Assembly: GCA_015680685.1 (NCBI GenBank)
Contig: MNCI01002585.1
Location: forward strand, 1-64,000
DNA length: 64,000 nucleotides
Direction: 5' to 3'
Source: Gnetum montanum
Taxonomy: Eukaryota > Plantae > Gnetophyta
Shown: positions 63,376 to 64,000 of the stretch, in pieces
How the letters are laid out: the number at the start of each line of letters is the position of its first letter
How positions within the stretch are numbered: position 1 is the stretch's first letter
Translations under genes and position numbers: made by a program
The notes under the pieces: model-generated
Database searches by the model: none
The model's input: the letters and a program-made list of their open reading frames with translations, nothing else
What the model was told of the DNA's origin: nothing

Positions 63376-64000
63376 TGATGAGTCATGGTCTATCAGGTCC
63401 TGTTATCAAATCCCTATTTTATGATGAGTCCCATTATTGGACCCCAAATATTGGGCCCCTGTTATTTGATGAGTCCTGATATCAGACCCTTGATATCAGA
63501 TACCCAATATCAAGACCTGACGTAATATCACATACAAGATATCGCGACCTATCTCCTTGCCTATAAATAAGAGGTGGTGCCCTTGGTTTCCACATTAGTT
63601 CTTAGTCCCTTACCTAAACTCTTATATTTTTTCTTTCTTAGAGTTAGAATTATTTCTTAGTGCATGCCTACAGTGTGATGATTGTAATTGTACGACATCC
63701 TTTATTTGAGTGTGACGTACTTGGACACGCACATGACCAAAAATAAAGATCAAGATTACTTCATCATTGCAACATTCACTTAGTTTAATTATTTAATTTT
63801 TAGTGTTATTTATTGCTTTCATAGTTAACATCTCTTTACCCTAAACTCCTATTAAATGTGGAATGAGTATGACTTAGTCACGAACATTTAAGTGTGACTA
63901 CTTGGTAACCTAGTAGCGTACCTAGGATCCATGCTTGGTAATTCCAGTAGTAGTTGTGCACAAGGTTCAAGCTATGTATGGATGATTAAGGAATGGATGC
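63376..64000 (+). mobile_element. 3' LTR of the gag-only element (runs off the window)
   Basis: Colinear with 58023-58613, with one extra short repeat block. Confidence 0.92.

Larger units (their letters stand above)
58023..64000 (+). mobile_element. Non-autonomous gag-only Athila-like LTR element
   Basis: 5' LTR 58023-58938 with 8-bp terminal inverted repeat TGATGAGT...ACTCATCA, PBS TGGTGTCGTTGCTAGGGA (58940-58957), gag, no pol motifs, PPT GTGGGGGTA, and a 3' LTR from 63376 to the window end. Confidence 0.88.

Overview
This is AT-rich land-plant nuclear DNA; the lineage cannot be determined from this window. It holds one intact host gene, ARPC5 (4 exons, 2826-7940, +). The rest is a nest of mostly degenerate retroelements. 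These are a Ty1/copia 5' fragment, a full-length L1 LINE with an 18-bp TSD inserted in a Tat-type integrase remnant, several Athila-like Ty3/gypsy copies (one gag-only), and an intronless 5'-truncated laccase retrocopy inside an apparent LTR. There is also a comparatively well-preserved 15-kb Tat/Ogre-like element (32498-~47530). That element is the most unusual object. Between its protease and RT it carries a multi-exon, spliceable antisense gene of about 840 codons with a PMD/Athila-ORF-like segment and a coiled coil. Its 3' UTR carries a 19-unit repeat-spacer array, and its LTRs carry clustered TTACGC motifs. Boundaries of degenerate elements are approximate, and all family and domain calls come from motif recognition by eye, not from searches.
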